Shown: positions 51,913 to 64,000 of the stretch, one piece after another | Position numbering within the stretch: position 1 is the stretch's first letter | Layout: every line of letters starts with the position of its first letter | Assembly: GCF_964204865.1 (NCBI RefSeq) | Contig: NC_135253.1 | Coordinates: 6,882,001-6,946,000 of the forward strand | Length of the DNA: 64,000 nt | Direction of reading: 5' to 3' | From: Styela clava | Lineage: Eukaryota | Translations under genes and position numbers: made by a program | The notes under the pieces: generated by a model | Told to the model about the DNA's origin: nothing | The model's input: only the letters and a program-made list of their open reading frames with translations | Databases searched by the model: none

Positions 51913-54900
51913 ACATAAAATTTGATTTAAAAATTAGTTTGTGCTATATCTAAAAGTTGATGTACTCAGATTTATATTCATTCCAGAAAAATTCAATGTG
52001 ATGCTTTTAAAAAATTTCAGGAAATATGCGAAGGACATTAATAAGTTTAGGACGATTTGTATTTCATTCATTTGTTGTAAATAGTTCTAGATACTATTAA
52101 TAAAAACACAACATGAGAAAATGATATATACCGATATACTAAGTTCAAGTCGTTATGATCAAATTTAATATGTACATGAAAATGTTTTTTGACAATGAGT
52201 TGAGGAAATAAAAAAAATGTGTTAGGTACGAATGGTATGATATTTTTGAGAATTCATTCAGTGTGATTTTGTTATTATCATATTATCATAGATCAATATT
52301 TAAAGCGAGATGCTGATTCTGGAGCATTTTATTTTTATTTTTCCTCTTATTGTTTCTGTTTATAATAAAGTAATCCAGCAAGTCTTGGCATGTATTAGAT
52401 ACAAGGCAGGTCTCGCGGCATTGCAACATATGCTGCGGCAGTGAGCACCATCCTTCCGTAGACTGCGCTTATTTTTGTTGTGACTGTGCAGTATTGAATT
52501 CCACCGCTATAGATCATATTCATGTTAATTTTTGTTAATATAATTGCTTTGCGTCGTTCATCTGAATTCTAAAACGAAAAAAAGCAAATGAAATGTTTTG
52601 TAGTAACAAAATTTCAATTCTAAATTACAAACCTCATATCTACTCATGCTGAGCTCCGCAATTTGTTTTGAATTGGCCCCGCAACAGTTGAGGCCACTCT
52701 GAAACAAAGAACAACTCCATCCAACTTGGAATGAACGTCACATCATTCACTTGTAACAAAATATAAGTACTGTCCAGATTTGAAGTTAAAATTGCACGAA
52801 AACGCTACACAAAAAATGAGTCACAATCAAACAACAAAATCTATTAACAAAATCGAAAAATGCATTGAAGAATATAAATCGCATAATTAGATTCATTAAG
52901 CTACCGTAGCATGGGTGTTTCATCCCCACTATCCAATGTACTAATAAGTTTTGGAAGACGAGAGTTTTTCAAGTGTCACGTTTGATCACTTCGACGTCAT
53001 CCACCGCAATTAGAACTATCAGGATAAAGTTTCAATAGCTTTTCATACCAAAATATCAAATTTAAAGAGTAACCAAGATAAGGTGCTGGATATCACAATA
53101 AAAAGTTGTGATAATTGAATCTGGGAAGTCTTTATAGCCCGATCTTCCTCTAGCTAAAATTGCTGATACCACGAGAAACAACAAAACTTGATTTTTCGAA
53201 CTAGTTTCAGAAAATATCAATTTACAAAATCCAAGAACGGATAATATGTGACTGGACTAATTTAATATGCATCCACATTAAATCAATTTTGCTCTTTACT
53301 TACGGTCCAGTGAGTTGAACAAATAGGTCGCTTTAGTTCCAATATTAAACATGTTTGATCTCATCACGTTATCGTACTTAGTCTTGGTATCACGAAATTT
53401 TCAGGGGTCGGCAAATTTATGTACTACTAGGCCGCTAAACAAATTTCCGGCAGTAAGCTGGCCGTATAAATTTCGTCTATGAACAATCACCAAATTAAAC
53501 TTTATGAAACACGCAAGTCTTATTTTTGTGTTTAACGTTCGTTTCAGTGGATGGGGAACTACATAACGCAATTTTCTCGCTATAACGACTTCATTTGTCC
53601 CTCCAACTTTGCTTCAAACAATCTTCGCTAAAGTTACTCTGATTAGTATGTACCATATATGACAAAACCTTCATCGATTGATAAAAAAAGGTTCCATGGC
53701 TGATTGATATTTGTGGAAAGGAAAGTGACTTCAAATTATGCATCAAGACCAAATAGGCAAATGAGAATGGGTTAGCTTCTTTCAATTGTTTTTCACGTTT
53801 TAATAGTGCGTGTTCTTTTATTGTGTTTACTCCCCTTTACAAATGCTTTTTTGTACTGATCGCGATGCAAGATGCACACGTATGTTGTTTTTAATGTTCG
53901 TTTTTTTCTATTTTTATTTCATCATGACCAAGAGGAACTAATATTCTTTTTCATCAAATTTTCAAAAATTCTAGTTGAATCGACTACAAAACATTTACAA
54001 TTTTAACTTCCAACACATAATTTCGAAAGAATAGAGCCAGATGACCATTACTTTCGGTTTTTAATTTTCACTCAGAGTTCTATATGGGAACACTTAATTT
54101 CATCACGCTTGTCGCTGATTTTCATGTCGGTATTCAGTTATGGCTATACCGTAGGCGTAACCTATGCGGTTTATTTAGTCAAATATTCAAGCATTGCTTT
54201 TGCCTTCATGAATACATAGTTTACAGTTTTTATATTAGATAACCTTGCCTCAATAATTCTTATCAGAAGATATTAAAACGAAAGTTTTAAAGTGACATAT
54301 ACATGTTTATATATTTATATCAAAATTTTTCGTTAGTTATTTTCATTTTTTAAAAATATTTGCTTTAAAACACTTTTCCTACCTGTTTTGTTCGGTATAA
54401 TCGCCATGTGCCACACGCCTCCGTTTCCTACACACCATTCTCAACCCAATGCTACGCATTTACCTATATCGGAGAATATGATTTATTGAAAAACACAATA
54501 TTTTCTTTTCGACATTTGCGAAAATCGAAGTGACTCAGAAAAATTCATCGAAACCAGGTGGGCAAATATGAGTGGGTTAGCTTCCTTCCATTGTTTTGCA
54601 CGTTTTGATAAAGTGCTTAAGAATTGTATTCAAAACAAAAACACAAAGACAAATTTTTCATGCTGTTTATTCTCTTTTTTGTAAATGCTTTATGTGTATA
54701 TCGTCGTGCAAACTGCATACACAACGGCTTTTAGCTTTAATGAGTTTACCTCAAAAGCAAAGTAAATATTATTTTTCACAGAATTTTCAAAATAATCCAG
54801 TATGGACTACTCCTAGTACTAGTAATAAGCATGGAACATTTACAAAATCAACAACTTCTAATAAATATTTCACAAGAATGTCGCCTGATGTCCATTACTT

Positions 54901-55195
54901 ATATTTTTTTCAAACTCACTCCTTCAAATTACGCCAATACAATATTTACTAATTCTACCCCGTCCTTTGGCGTTTAATTGTATGTAGCCTAAATTAAACT
55001 ATTTTGTCAAAGTATAGCACAGTCAACGGGACCTCTGTGTTCATATATTCAAGCATACAAAAATGAATTTTTAAGACAAAAGTTGACAACAAAGCTATGT
55101 CACTCAAATGATAACACTTTAGCTATTTGAGTTCAACTGTCGTCTATAAGAAATATTTATGTTACATTTGAGCCATTCAAGAAATAGGAAATAGA

Positions 55196-55408
55196 TCAAG
55201 ACATATTAGCTGGAAGCGATTTAGATTCTTGAAACAGCATTTCAAAATCATTTTGTATCGTCTTGATCCATTTGTATTCCCCTTCGAATGATTTTTCGTC
55301 AGTTGTTTCAAATAGTTCTAAGCATTTGTCTTGACAACCCTTGGAGCTTGGAGAATTGATATACGCTACAACAACCTTATTTGTTGCATCGTATTCGGAT
55401 AAAACTAC
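55196..55408 (-). pseudogene. 3' fragment of a PPPDE-like paralog
   Basis: Encodes only the last ~70 codons (..YINSPSSKGCQDKCLELFETTDEKSFEGEYKWIKTIQNDFEML..). 5' part deleted. Confidence 0.85.
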
Positions 55409-57206
55409 AAAACTGTGTAGTGTTTATGAAAATTTCTTATTTATAAGTCGCACATAGGTGGCGCCATTGCGCACGTGAACATTTGCTTGCCTCGCGCATC
55501 GCTTATTGTTGTCGAGTTTTTGTTGTCTTTGCAAACCAACAGTAAATTCATTGCGTCAATTGAAACAACAATAAATTGCGTATATTTTGCATCTACAATT
55601 CCCCACAATAAATCATGGGACGGAAAACACTTTCCAAAAAATCCTTCAAATGTGGCACTATGTTATTTCGAGCTTTTTGAGTTTACTATGACTAACCGAA
55701 CAAATATCCCTTTTCTATCAAATTTCCAAAGAACTCAGTTAAATCAACTACAAAATATCTATACTCAAAAGAATATTGTCAGATGCTCATTACTTTAAGT
55801 TTTTTTTTCAAATTCACTTCCATTTCTATATGGGTTTTCAAAATGTTACTGTTTCATTCAATTCGATGGACCTCTTTTTGTGATATATGGGAACATTTTA
55901 TTTTGTCACGCTTGTCTGCTGATTTCCATGTCGGTATTCAGTTATATCTATGCTGTTACCTATGCGCGACCTTTGTGTCCATATATTCAAGCATTGCTCT
56001 CTTGTTTACACAACTTATACTTCTTCTCTTAGAGAGCCTTGTTTTAAAAAGTCTTATCAAAAGAAATGAAAACGAAGTGTTTCAAGATGACATATTGTCG
56101 AATGTTGTTCTACATCCGTAATTGAGTTCTTTGAAACGATGGATCATTTATTAGCAGTTATACACAAGGACATGTTATGCAATGCGCTTATTCGGTGACC
56201 CAATAACTCTAGTATAATAAAATAGTACGGTATCGCGTATGAACACTGTGTGAAGAGGTCAATTGGGATGTCATAGAATAGGTAGAATAAGTACAAATAA
56301 GCAATATGCATCATATTGACACATATACATATTTCGAAATAGTGAGGTAGTGATTTATGGCTATTTTCCCCAAAAATTGCTTTAAAGCAGGTTTGCTCAT
56401 CTGTATTGTTTTAAATGGTTATGTGCCACACCTTCGTATCGCACACATTATTCCAAACCCATTGTTACGCATATTCATATATCCGAAAATAGGATCTTTC
56501 GAGAAACCCAGTATTTTTTTCTGATATTTGTGAAAAAGGAAGTGACTTAGAATAATTCATCGAAACCAAATAGGCAAATATGAGTGGGTTGGTTTCCTTC
56601 CATTGTTTTGTAAGTTTTGATAAAGTGAGTATGCATTGTATTCAAAACAAAAGACTTATGAAGACTAACATTATTTTTTTGATTTTTTTTATGCTGTTCA
56701 CACTTTTTCACAAAATGCTTTTACGGGATTGCGCAGTGCAAAATACATACATATGCTAGGTTAAAGATTTTTTCAGCTTTTTTACCCTAATTATGCAAAA
56801 CAAATATTCTTTTTTCTATAGAATTTTAAAATAATTTAATTTTAATCAAGTATGAAACATTTATATATTTAACAACTTCCAATAAATCTTTCACAAGGAT
56901 ATCAATATTTTTCAAAGTCACTCTTTCGACTTCCGTCAATACAATATTTACTAATTCTACCCCTCCCTCTGGCGTCCAATTTTATGTAACCATTATTTAA
57001 CTATTCAGTCAAAGTATAGCACAATCAACTTCTGTGTCCATATATTCTAGCATACAAATAATATATTCAACCATATTCAATATATACAACAAAAGTTGAC
57101 AGCAAAGCTATGTTATTCAAAAATAAAATGTTTTAACTATTAGAAAACAACTTCGGAAAAAATCAAAAATATTCAATGATAACATTATAGCAATTTAGGA
57201 AATAGC

Positions 57207-58235
57207 TCAAGAAATATTAGCTGAAAGAGCGGTAGGGCCGTTATACAGCATTTCAAAATCATTTTGTATAGCCTTGATCCATTTGTATTCCTCTTCGAAT
57301 GGATTCTCGTCAGTTGTTTCGAATAATTCTAGGCATTTGTCTCGACAACCCATAGTGTTCGGAGAATCGATATACGCTGCAACATCATTATTTTCTTCAC
57401 CATATTTGGATAAAACTGCCGCCAAGTCAGTGTTGAAGGAAGATTTGAATGCTTGTTTTAATAATTCAATCCAATCTTTCAATATGGTAACAGAAGGATC
57501 AAAAAGCTTTATACCTTGACACAAACATTTGAACGTATAATAATGGCCAAATACTCTTCCCGCAGCTTTTCTTGCTTCTGGAGGAACGGGTTCCATAGGA
57601 TTGTGTAAAGCGTGAACAATGATGGCATCGAGGTACTTCTTTGCTTTCTCTGACGCCTTTTTATAAAAAGTGGACTCGAAGAAACGATTGCGTGTTATTT
57701 GTATTTCTTCCAGATTTTCCATCAATTCCGGTTTGTTGCTTTCACGCAATATATTGCATAAAACCGATTCGACGAGATCTCTGCAATTACAATCCACCAG
57801 ATCGTAGTTTTCTGCATTCCCGTTTACGTCAAAGTTAAAATATTTCTTGAAGCGAAAGATGGTCAATTCAGACAAAATGTTTTTCATTTTAAATTCATCG
57901 TCAACATCCATCGATTGAATAGGTTCTTTATATTCAATGTCTTTACGGTCTTTCTCAAATTCTGCTTCAAACACCAATTGACCTTTAACTTCAAATAAAA
58001 GATTGGATAATTTGACTCCATTTTCAGGGGTCCAGTTCACCGTGTACTTGGGTACTCCATCCAAGTAAAATACTATTGCGGTATGACGCACCCCGCTGTG
58101 TGTAACGCACCATGACCAAGCAAATGTTTTACAATTGAAAATATCAGTTAAAACTACATTTTCTTTAACTATGCAAGGCCTGTCGTAGAAGAAAATTTTC
58201 TCTTCCATAATTTCGTTGTCAGTAAAGATATTCAT
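57207..58235 (-). CDS. Permuted papain-fold (PPPDE/DeSI-like) cysteine peptidase with an uncharacterised C-terminal domain, 342 aa
   Basis: Longest ORF in the window; the ATG directly follows a ttttttgctacag acceptor. His motif RHTAIVF precedes Cys motif YDLVDCNCRDLV, matching the HTxxVV...YxLxxxNC order of permuted NlpC/P60 enzymes. Confidence 0.75.
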   Translation of the reverse strand: MNIFTDNEIMEEKIFFYDRPCIVKENVVLTDIFNCKTFAWSWCVTHSGVRHTAIVFYLDGVPKYTVNWTPENGVKLSNLLFEVKGQLVFEAEFEKDRKDIEYKEPIQSMDVDDEFKMKNILSELTIFRFKKYFNFDVNGNAENYDLVDCNCRDLVESVLCNILRESNKPELMENLEEIQITRNRFFESTFYKKASEKAKKYLDAIIVHALHNPMEPVPPEARKAAGRVFGHYYTFKCLCQGIKLFDPSVTILKDWIELLKQAFKSSFNTDLAAVLSKYGEENNDVAAYIDSPNTMGCRDKCLELFETTDENPFEEEYKWIKAIQNDFEMLYNGPTALSANIS

Positions 58236-60517
58236 CTGTAGCAAAAAAACACGAGTGGTATTTTGATTTCACAAATAGTAAATAGCAAATGAGATTAATA
58301 ATTTATATAATAAAACAAGCCCATTATTGTCTCTATGCTGTATATATATACAAAGTTATAATGAAGTCATTTATGAGTATGTCATTTTTGAATATTGAGT
58401 TGAGACTATTTAGACGTCAAACGACCCAAGCTCAATATCAACAGAGTAGAATAAAACCGGTATTGTACTTGCGAGAGTTTTATCAAAAGAAATTATCTTG
58501 TCGTTTGAAGCAATGACAGGTATCTACTCTGAGTTTAAATGTGTTTAGGTTGTAATACCCAGTGTAGGTCACAGTATTACTGTTGAAATTGCGTACGATG
58601 GCTAACTTAATAATCCTTTACTAAATACTGAATAATAATACTGAATTTATTGATACCTATTACCACTACCATGTGTGCACAGCCCAATTACAAAAATGTG
58701 TAGTGTTTATGAAAATTTCTTATTTATAAGTCGCACATAGGTGGCGCCATTGCGCACGTGAACATTTGCTTGCCTCGCGCATCGCTTATTGTTGTCGAGT
58801 TTTTGTTGTCTTTGCAAACCAACAGTAAATTCATTGCGTCAATTGAAACAACAATAAATTGCGTATAATTTGCATCTACAATTCCCCACAATAAATCATG
58901 GGACGGAAAACACTTTCCAAAAAATCCTTTAAATGTGGCAGTATGTTATTTCGAGCTTTTTGAGTTTACTATGACTAACCGAACAAATATTCCTTTTTTA
59001 TCAGATTTCCAACGAATTCTGTTAAATCAACTACAAAATATCTATAAATTTGAGTTCCAACTCACAACTCAAAAGAATATTGTCAGATGCTCATTACTTT
59101 AAGGTATTTTTTTCAAATTCACTTCCATTTCTATATAGGTTTTCAAGATTTTGCTGTTTTCTTTCAATTCGATGGACCTCTTTTTGTGATATATGGGAAC
59201 ATTTTATTTTGTCACGCTTGTCTGCTGATTTTCATGTCGGTATTCAGTTTTATCTATGCTGTTACCTATGCGCGGCCTCTGTGTCCATATACTCAAGCAT
59301 TGCTCTCTTGTTTACACAGCTTATACTTCTTCTCTTAGAGAGCCTTGTTTCAAAAAGTCTTATCAAAAGAAATGAAAACGAACTGTTTCAAGATGACATA
59401 TTGTCGAATGTTGTGCTACATCCGTAATTGAGTTCTTTGAACGAAGGATCATTTATTAGCAGTTATACACAAGAACATAATATGCAATGCGCTTATTCGG
59501 TGACCCCCATTACTCTAGTATAATAAAATAGTACGGTATCGCGTATGAACACTGTGTGAAGAGGTCAATTGGAATGCCATAGAATAAGTAGGTCATAAGT
59601 ACAAATAAGCAATATGCACCACATTGACACCGGTATATATTTCGAAATAGTGAGGTAGTGATCTATAGGTATTTTCCCCAAAAATTGCTTTAAAACAGGT
59701 TTGCTCATCTGTATTGTTTAAAATGGTTATGTGCCACACCTTCGTATCCCACACATGATCCCCAACCCAATGTTACGCATTTTCATATATCCGAAAATAG
59801 GATCTTTCGAGAAACACAGTATTTTTTTCTGATATCTGTGAAAAAGGAAGTGACTTGGAATAATTCATCGAAACCAAGTAGGCAAATATGAGTGGGTTGG
59901 TTTCCTTCCATTGTTTTGTAAGTTTTGATAAAGTGAGTATGCATTGTATTCAAAACAAAAGACTTATGAAGACTAACATTATTTTTTCGATTTTTTATGC
60001 TGTTCACACTTTTTCACAAATGCTTTTACGGGATTGCGCAGTGCAAAATACATACATATGCTAGGTTAAAGATTTTTTCAGCTTTTTTTACCCTAATTAT
60101 GCAAAACAAATATTCTTTTTTCTATAGAATTTTAAAATAATTTAATTTTAATCAAGTATGAAACATTTATATATTTAACAACTTCCAATAAATCTTTCAC
60201 AAAGATATCAATATTTTTCAAAGTCACTCTTTTGACTTCCGTCAATACAATATTCACTAATTCTACCCCTCCCTCTGGCGTCCAATTTTATGTAACCATT
60301 ATTTAACTATTCAGTCAAAGTATAGCACAATCAACGTGACTTCTGTGTCCATATATTCTAGCATACAAATAATATATTCCACCATATTCAATATATACAA
60401 CAAAAGTTGACAGCAAAGCTATGTTATTCAAAAATAAAATGTTTTAACTATTAGAAAACAACTTCGGAAAAAATCAAAAATATTCAATGATAACATTATA
60501 GCAATTTAGGAAATAGC

Positions 60518-60986
60518 TCAAGAAATATTAGCTGAAAGAGCGGTAGGGCCGTTATACAGCATTTCAAAATCATTTTGTATAGCCTTGATCCATTTGTATT
60601 CCTCTTCGAATGATTTCTCGTCAGTTGTTTCGAATAGTTCTAGGCATTTGTCTCGACAACCCACAGTGCTTGGAGAATCGATATACGCTGCAACATCATT
60701 ATTTTCTACACCGTATTTGGATAAAACTACGGCCAAGTCAGTGTTAAAGGAAGATTTGAATGCTTGTTTTAATAATTCAATCCAATTTTTCAATATTTTG
60801 ACTGAAGTATCGAAAAGCTTTTTATCCTGACACAAACAGTGAAACGTATAATAATGGCCAAACACTCTTCCAGCAGCTTTTCTTGCTCCCAGTGAGACGG
60901 GTTTCATAGGGTTGTGAGAAGCATAAACAATGAAGGAACTAAGAGATTTCTTTGCTTCCATTGACGCCAGTTTGTAAATGGTGGAC
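60518..60986 (-). pseudogene. PPPDE-like paralog retaining only the C-terminal domain (open frame)
   Basis: Aligns to 57207-57675 without stops. Homology ends at ~60986 and the catalytic N-terminal half is absent. An in-frame ATG (MEAKK) exists at ~60960. Confidence 0.75.
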
Positions 60987-62917
60987 AATACGAATGATAT
61001 TTTGATTTTACAAATGTTAGGTAACAAATGTGATCATCAATTTTCAGAATAAATTAAACCCCTCAGAGGTTTCTACTCAGAGTTTATGCCGTGTTTAGGT
61101 TGGTGAATTATTTCGAAATTTCCTGCAATTGTAACCTGAAAGTAAGGCTTAATAATTTATACTAAAGTATACGATGTTTCTAAGTCTAATGTGACAATAC
61201 CCTAATCATTCAGATTATTGTTACAAGTCTGAATATCCGATTTCCCAAAGCTAATATCATATTGTATTGTAAATTGATACCTATTGTAGCCTATAATATT
61301 AATATTGAAATTGCGTACGGTGGCAAACTCAATAAACCTTTACTAACACATATCGCTAAAGGTTGAAAATCATGAATTTATTGATAAATATTACCATTGT
61401 ATGCTATGTGTACACAGCTCAACTACAAAATAACTAGTGTTCATGAAATCTTCCTTTTAATTAAAGTCGCACATAGACGCGCCATTGCGTACGTGCACAA
61501 CCGCCCGTATCGTACATTGTTGTCGAGTTTCCGTTTCCTTCCCAACTAACAGCAAATCTATCGCGTCATCTGAAACAACATTAAATTGTGTATGGTTAAC
61601 ATCTACAATTACCTTCAATCTGTTACGTTCTCAATTTTTGTAATAGAGGAGAGTATGAATTTTTTGATTGTCAAGTTTTTCCTCAAAGCTAGCCAACCTC
61701 CAGGTAAAACCCACGATTTACTGTTTCAGGCGATGTGTGTGAAGTTTGATCGGTGGGTAATTGTAATATCCAAAAACCACGAAACGGTCTTTGTAAACTG
61801 GTTTAAATGTTTTCTTGTTAAAGTTCATGTGATTTACATTCACCTTTATGAAATGAAACGTAAATTAAAATCCGGAAATTACACGTCACCTGCTTATTCA
61901 TCCACCAAATCACGCATTCATATCTGTGCTTTGATAATTTCTTTCTGTTGATTCATTGCTATGCTTACTAAGTAGTCTGAAATCATTACTCTTGCCTATC
62001 CAAATTGGCGTTATCCACCAAGCCACAGTTAATGGACCCTATAAATACGATAAAAAATGAAACCTATAAAAATTAAACAGGTTCAAGATTTCTCCTGCCA
62101 TTTTACGTGGACAGTATACAAACACAAGATAGGTGACATGTGATGTGACCGAAGTCTGAGACAAACTTCCAATAGACAATCACAATAAAAGTTGTGAATT
62201 TCTTATTTCGCATCGAGTTTTCGCATAAGACTTGTGAGAGTGGAATGACAAAACAAGATTGTAAAATATTGTCGTGCTCGTGTGATTCACGAAACTGTAG
62301 TATGTGTATTCGTGGGAATAGCACACTTAGCAACCAGCCTAGCAAACCAGCTTAATTAGATGAAACTGTGTCATGATTTTATTTGGCTTATAACGATATT
62401 TGAACAAACTATAACCAGTTTTATTCTTAGATTTTGAAAGGTCCTGAACGAATGACGTAAATGTATTAGTCATTCAATGATGAACTCAGTGTGGACGTAC
62501 GTAAAGAATGTACGTGTATATTCGATCCCATGATTTGTCAATGAGACAGGAAATAATACAGCGTTTGCAACAACATAAAGTAGGTTACATTAAATTCTAC
62601 AACTGCTAAAAAGCCAGAAACTGGTGGTTGACTATGCCGAATAAGTTCAGATAGATATAGCAAGGTAAACAAGCAGCTTTTGAAAGTCAAGAAGTTATTT
62701 GAAAAAATTCCAAAGTGGAACTTATTCTACAATGTCATTAGACAGTTCTGAGTAAGACGGTACCGACGTGTTTGTATGTGAGTCGTATATATTAATAAAA
62801 CCAGACTAGAAAACAACCAACAATCTGCTTACCGTTTATCAACTTACACTGCTCACTTACATCAACTTACACTTCACCAAATTAATATTAAAAAATTTAA
62901 GTGTAATAGATTAGCAT

Positions 62918-63106
62918 GGTTCCATTACATTTGAACCCACGACAATTGCACTTGCATACTATTGCACACATGGGATTTTTTTGTTTTGTTTTAAGAATAT
63001 TTGAACCCATACTGACCCTAACCCACGGGTTTTAGTACCCGCATATAGATTGAACCCGCGGATATACACGTGGGTTCAAATGTACATGGGTAAATGTACG
63101 GTCAAT
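62918..63106. mobile_element. Miniature member (189 bp) of the foldback/MULE-like family
   Basis: Same ends GGTTCCATT...GTCAAT, the same ACATTTGAACCC subrepeats, and a perfect 9-bp TSD GATTAGCAT (62909-62917, 63107-63115). Confidence 0.9.
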
Positions 63107-63281
63107 GATTAGCATACATCACTATTTCTTGAAAAGCTTGATTCAGTTTATTTTTTGAACGATCACGAAAAACTCAATAAAATATATCCTATCTATATAT
63201 ATATGTAATTTTTCCTGCAGGCAATATATAAATTGTTGTTCAAGTATTTGGTCTTATCAGAATTATACCGACTGAGGCACA

Positions 63282-63989
63282 ATGAATCTGTATCTTACTT
63301 CCTGTCTTGTTTTGATGACATTGGCAAAGTGTTGTTTCATGCTGGAGCAGGTACAGGTGACAATGGAAGAAGGTAACGTTTGTATTTGTTATCTGTATTA
63401 CCTCAATTATTTTTAATACTTTGTTATACTTGCCGTTTTTTAATATAGCCTGGGAATTACATGGAAATTTATTGAACGCCCAAATATTAAATATATAAGT
63501 TTGGAAAACTGTTATGTATGTTATGTTATGCCTATGTTGATGGTGCAATGTTGAAAATCTAAATATATATTTTATTTAATTTCAAAGTTATTGTAGAAGA
63601 ATTTTTTGGACCAATTGTTAGGAAATAAGAATATATACGGAGATTGAATAATTAGTTAGACAACTGGCGAAGCATAAATACATATTGCTTGTTGGCATTG
63701 GCATTTATGTTCAAGTTTGATTTATTTTCCAAATCGCAACTTGATAAATCTTTCAATACTTTTAACGATTGTGATTTGTTCAGAAGTGGATATCTGCTCC
63801 CTTCCCTATGTTAAAGGGCCATGCAAAGCTAATTTTGAGAGATGGTACTACGATGGAGAAACATGCACTACATTTCAATACGGAGGATGTAAAGGGAACA
63901 ATAATAATTTTCTGTCGGAACACGAATGCTCTGTGCGATGTCCGAGTGCGTATTTTCATAAAAACTTTAATAGAGGAACTAAGATGTAA
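63282..63989 (+). CDS. Secreted Kunitz protein, 6-Cys, P1-Lys; exons 63282-63372 and 63784-63989 (could splice onward beyond the window)
   Basis: MNLYLTSCLVLMTLAKCCFMLEQVQVTMEE / EVDICSLPYVKGPCKANFERWYYDGETCTTFQYGGCKGNNNNFLSEHECSVRC. Phase-1 intron. TATAAA at ~63227. Confidence 0.92.
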
Positions 63990-64000
63990 AACTTCATATT

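Larger units (their letters stand above)
53600..61600. repeat. Tandem duplication array around the PPPDE-like gene (unit ~3.3 kb)
   Basis: 55405-57650 is highly similar to 58690-60960. The unit junction motif tacaaaa..tagtgtt(t/c)atgaaa occurs at ~55406, ~58689 and ~61424. Older diverged partial copies lie at ~53600-55400. Confidence 0.92.

Noticed and set aside
55783-59427. Duplicated hydrophobic plus-strand ORFs (55783-56121, 59050-59427) as membrane proteins
   Set aside because: Similarity reflects the recent DNA duplication; their 5' ends differ by indels and the older copy near 54.1 kb is not open.

Overview
AT-rich, intron-containing animal genomic DNA. It is not prokaryotic, and gene and repeat content suggest a marine invertebrate such as an ascidian (inference). 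Most real genes are spliced and poorly represented in the ORF track, so I rebuilt them by hand from GT-AG sites and codon phase. (1) A cluster of secreted Kunitz/BPTI genes: four apparently intact (4510-5310 -, 16017-16651 -, 50756-51912 +, 63282-63989 +) and two pseudogenes. Three intact genes pair a canonical 6-Cys domain with a 4-Cys domain lacking the Cys2-Cys4 disulfide. (2) A 13-exon LRR-ZU5(HFC)-UPA-like gene (21930-28556 -) with a DSGYLS degron motif and a basic NLS-like tail but no death domain; it has an in-frame stop and a GT>AT donor. (3) A 9-exon class A GPCR (32446-38020 -) with a ~110-aa Cys- and Tyr/Asp-rich second extracellular loop. (4) A tandem-duplicated permuted papain-fold (PPPDE/DeSI-like) gene with a single coding exon (57207-58235 -) and two truncated paralogs. 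(5) Extensive local duplication in 1-17.8 kb, a foldback/MULE-like element made of 16-bp subrepeats with 9-bp TSDs, several MITEs, DINE-1/HINE-like elements and a LINE remnant. The window reads as a rapidly evolving protease-inhibitor/defence locus (inference). No database searches were run; family calls come from motif recognition.
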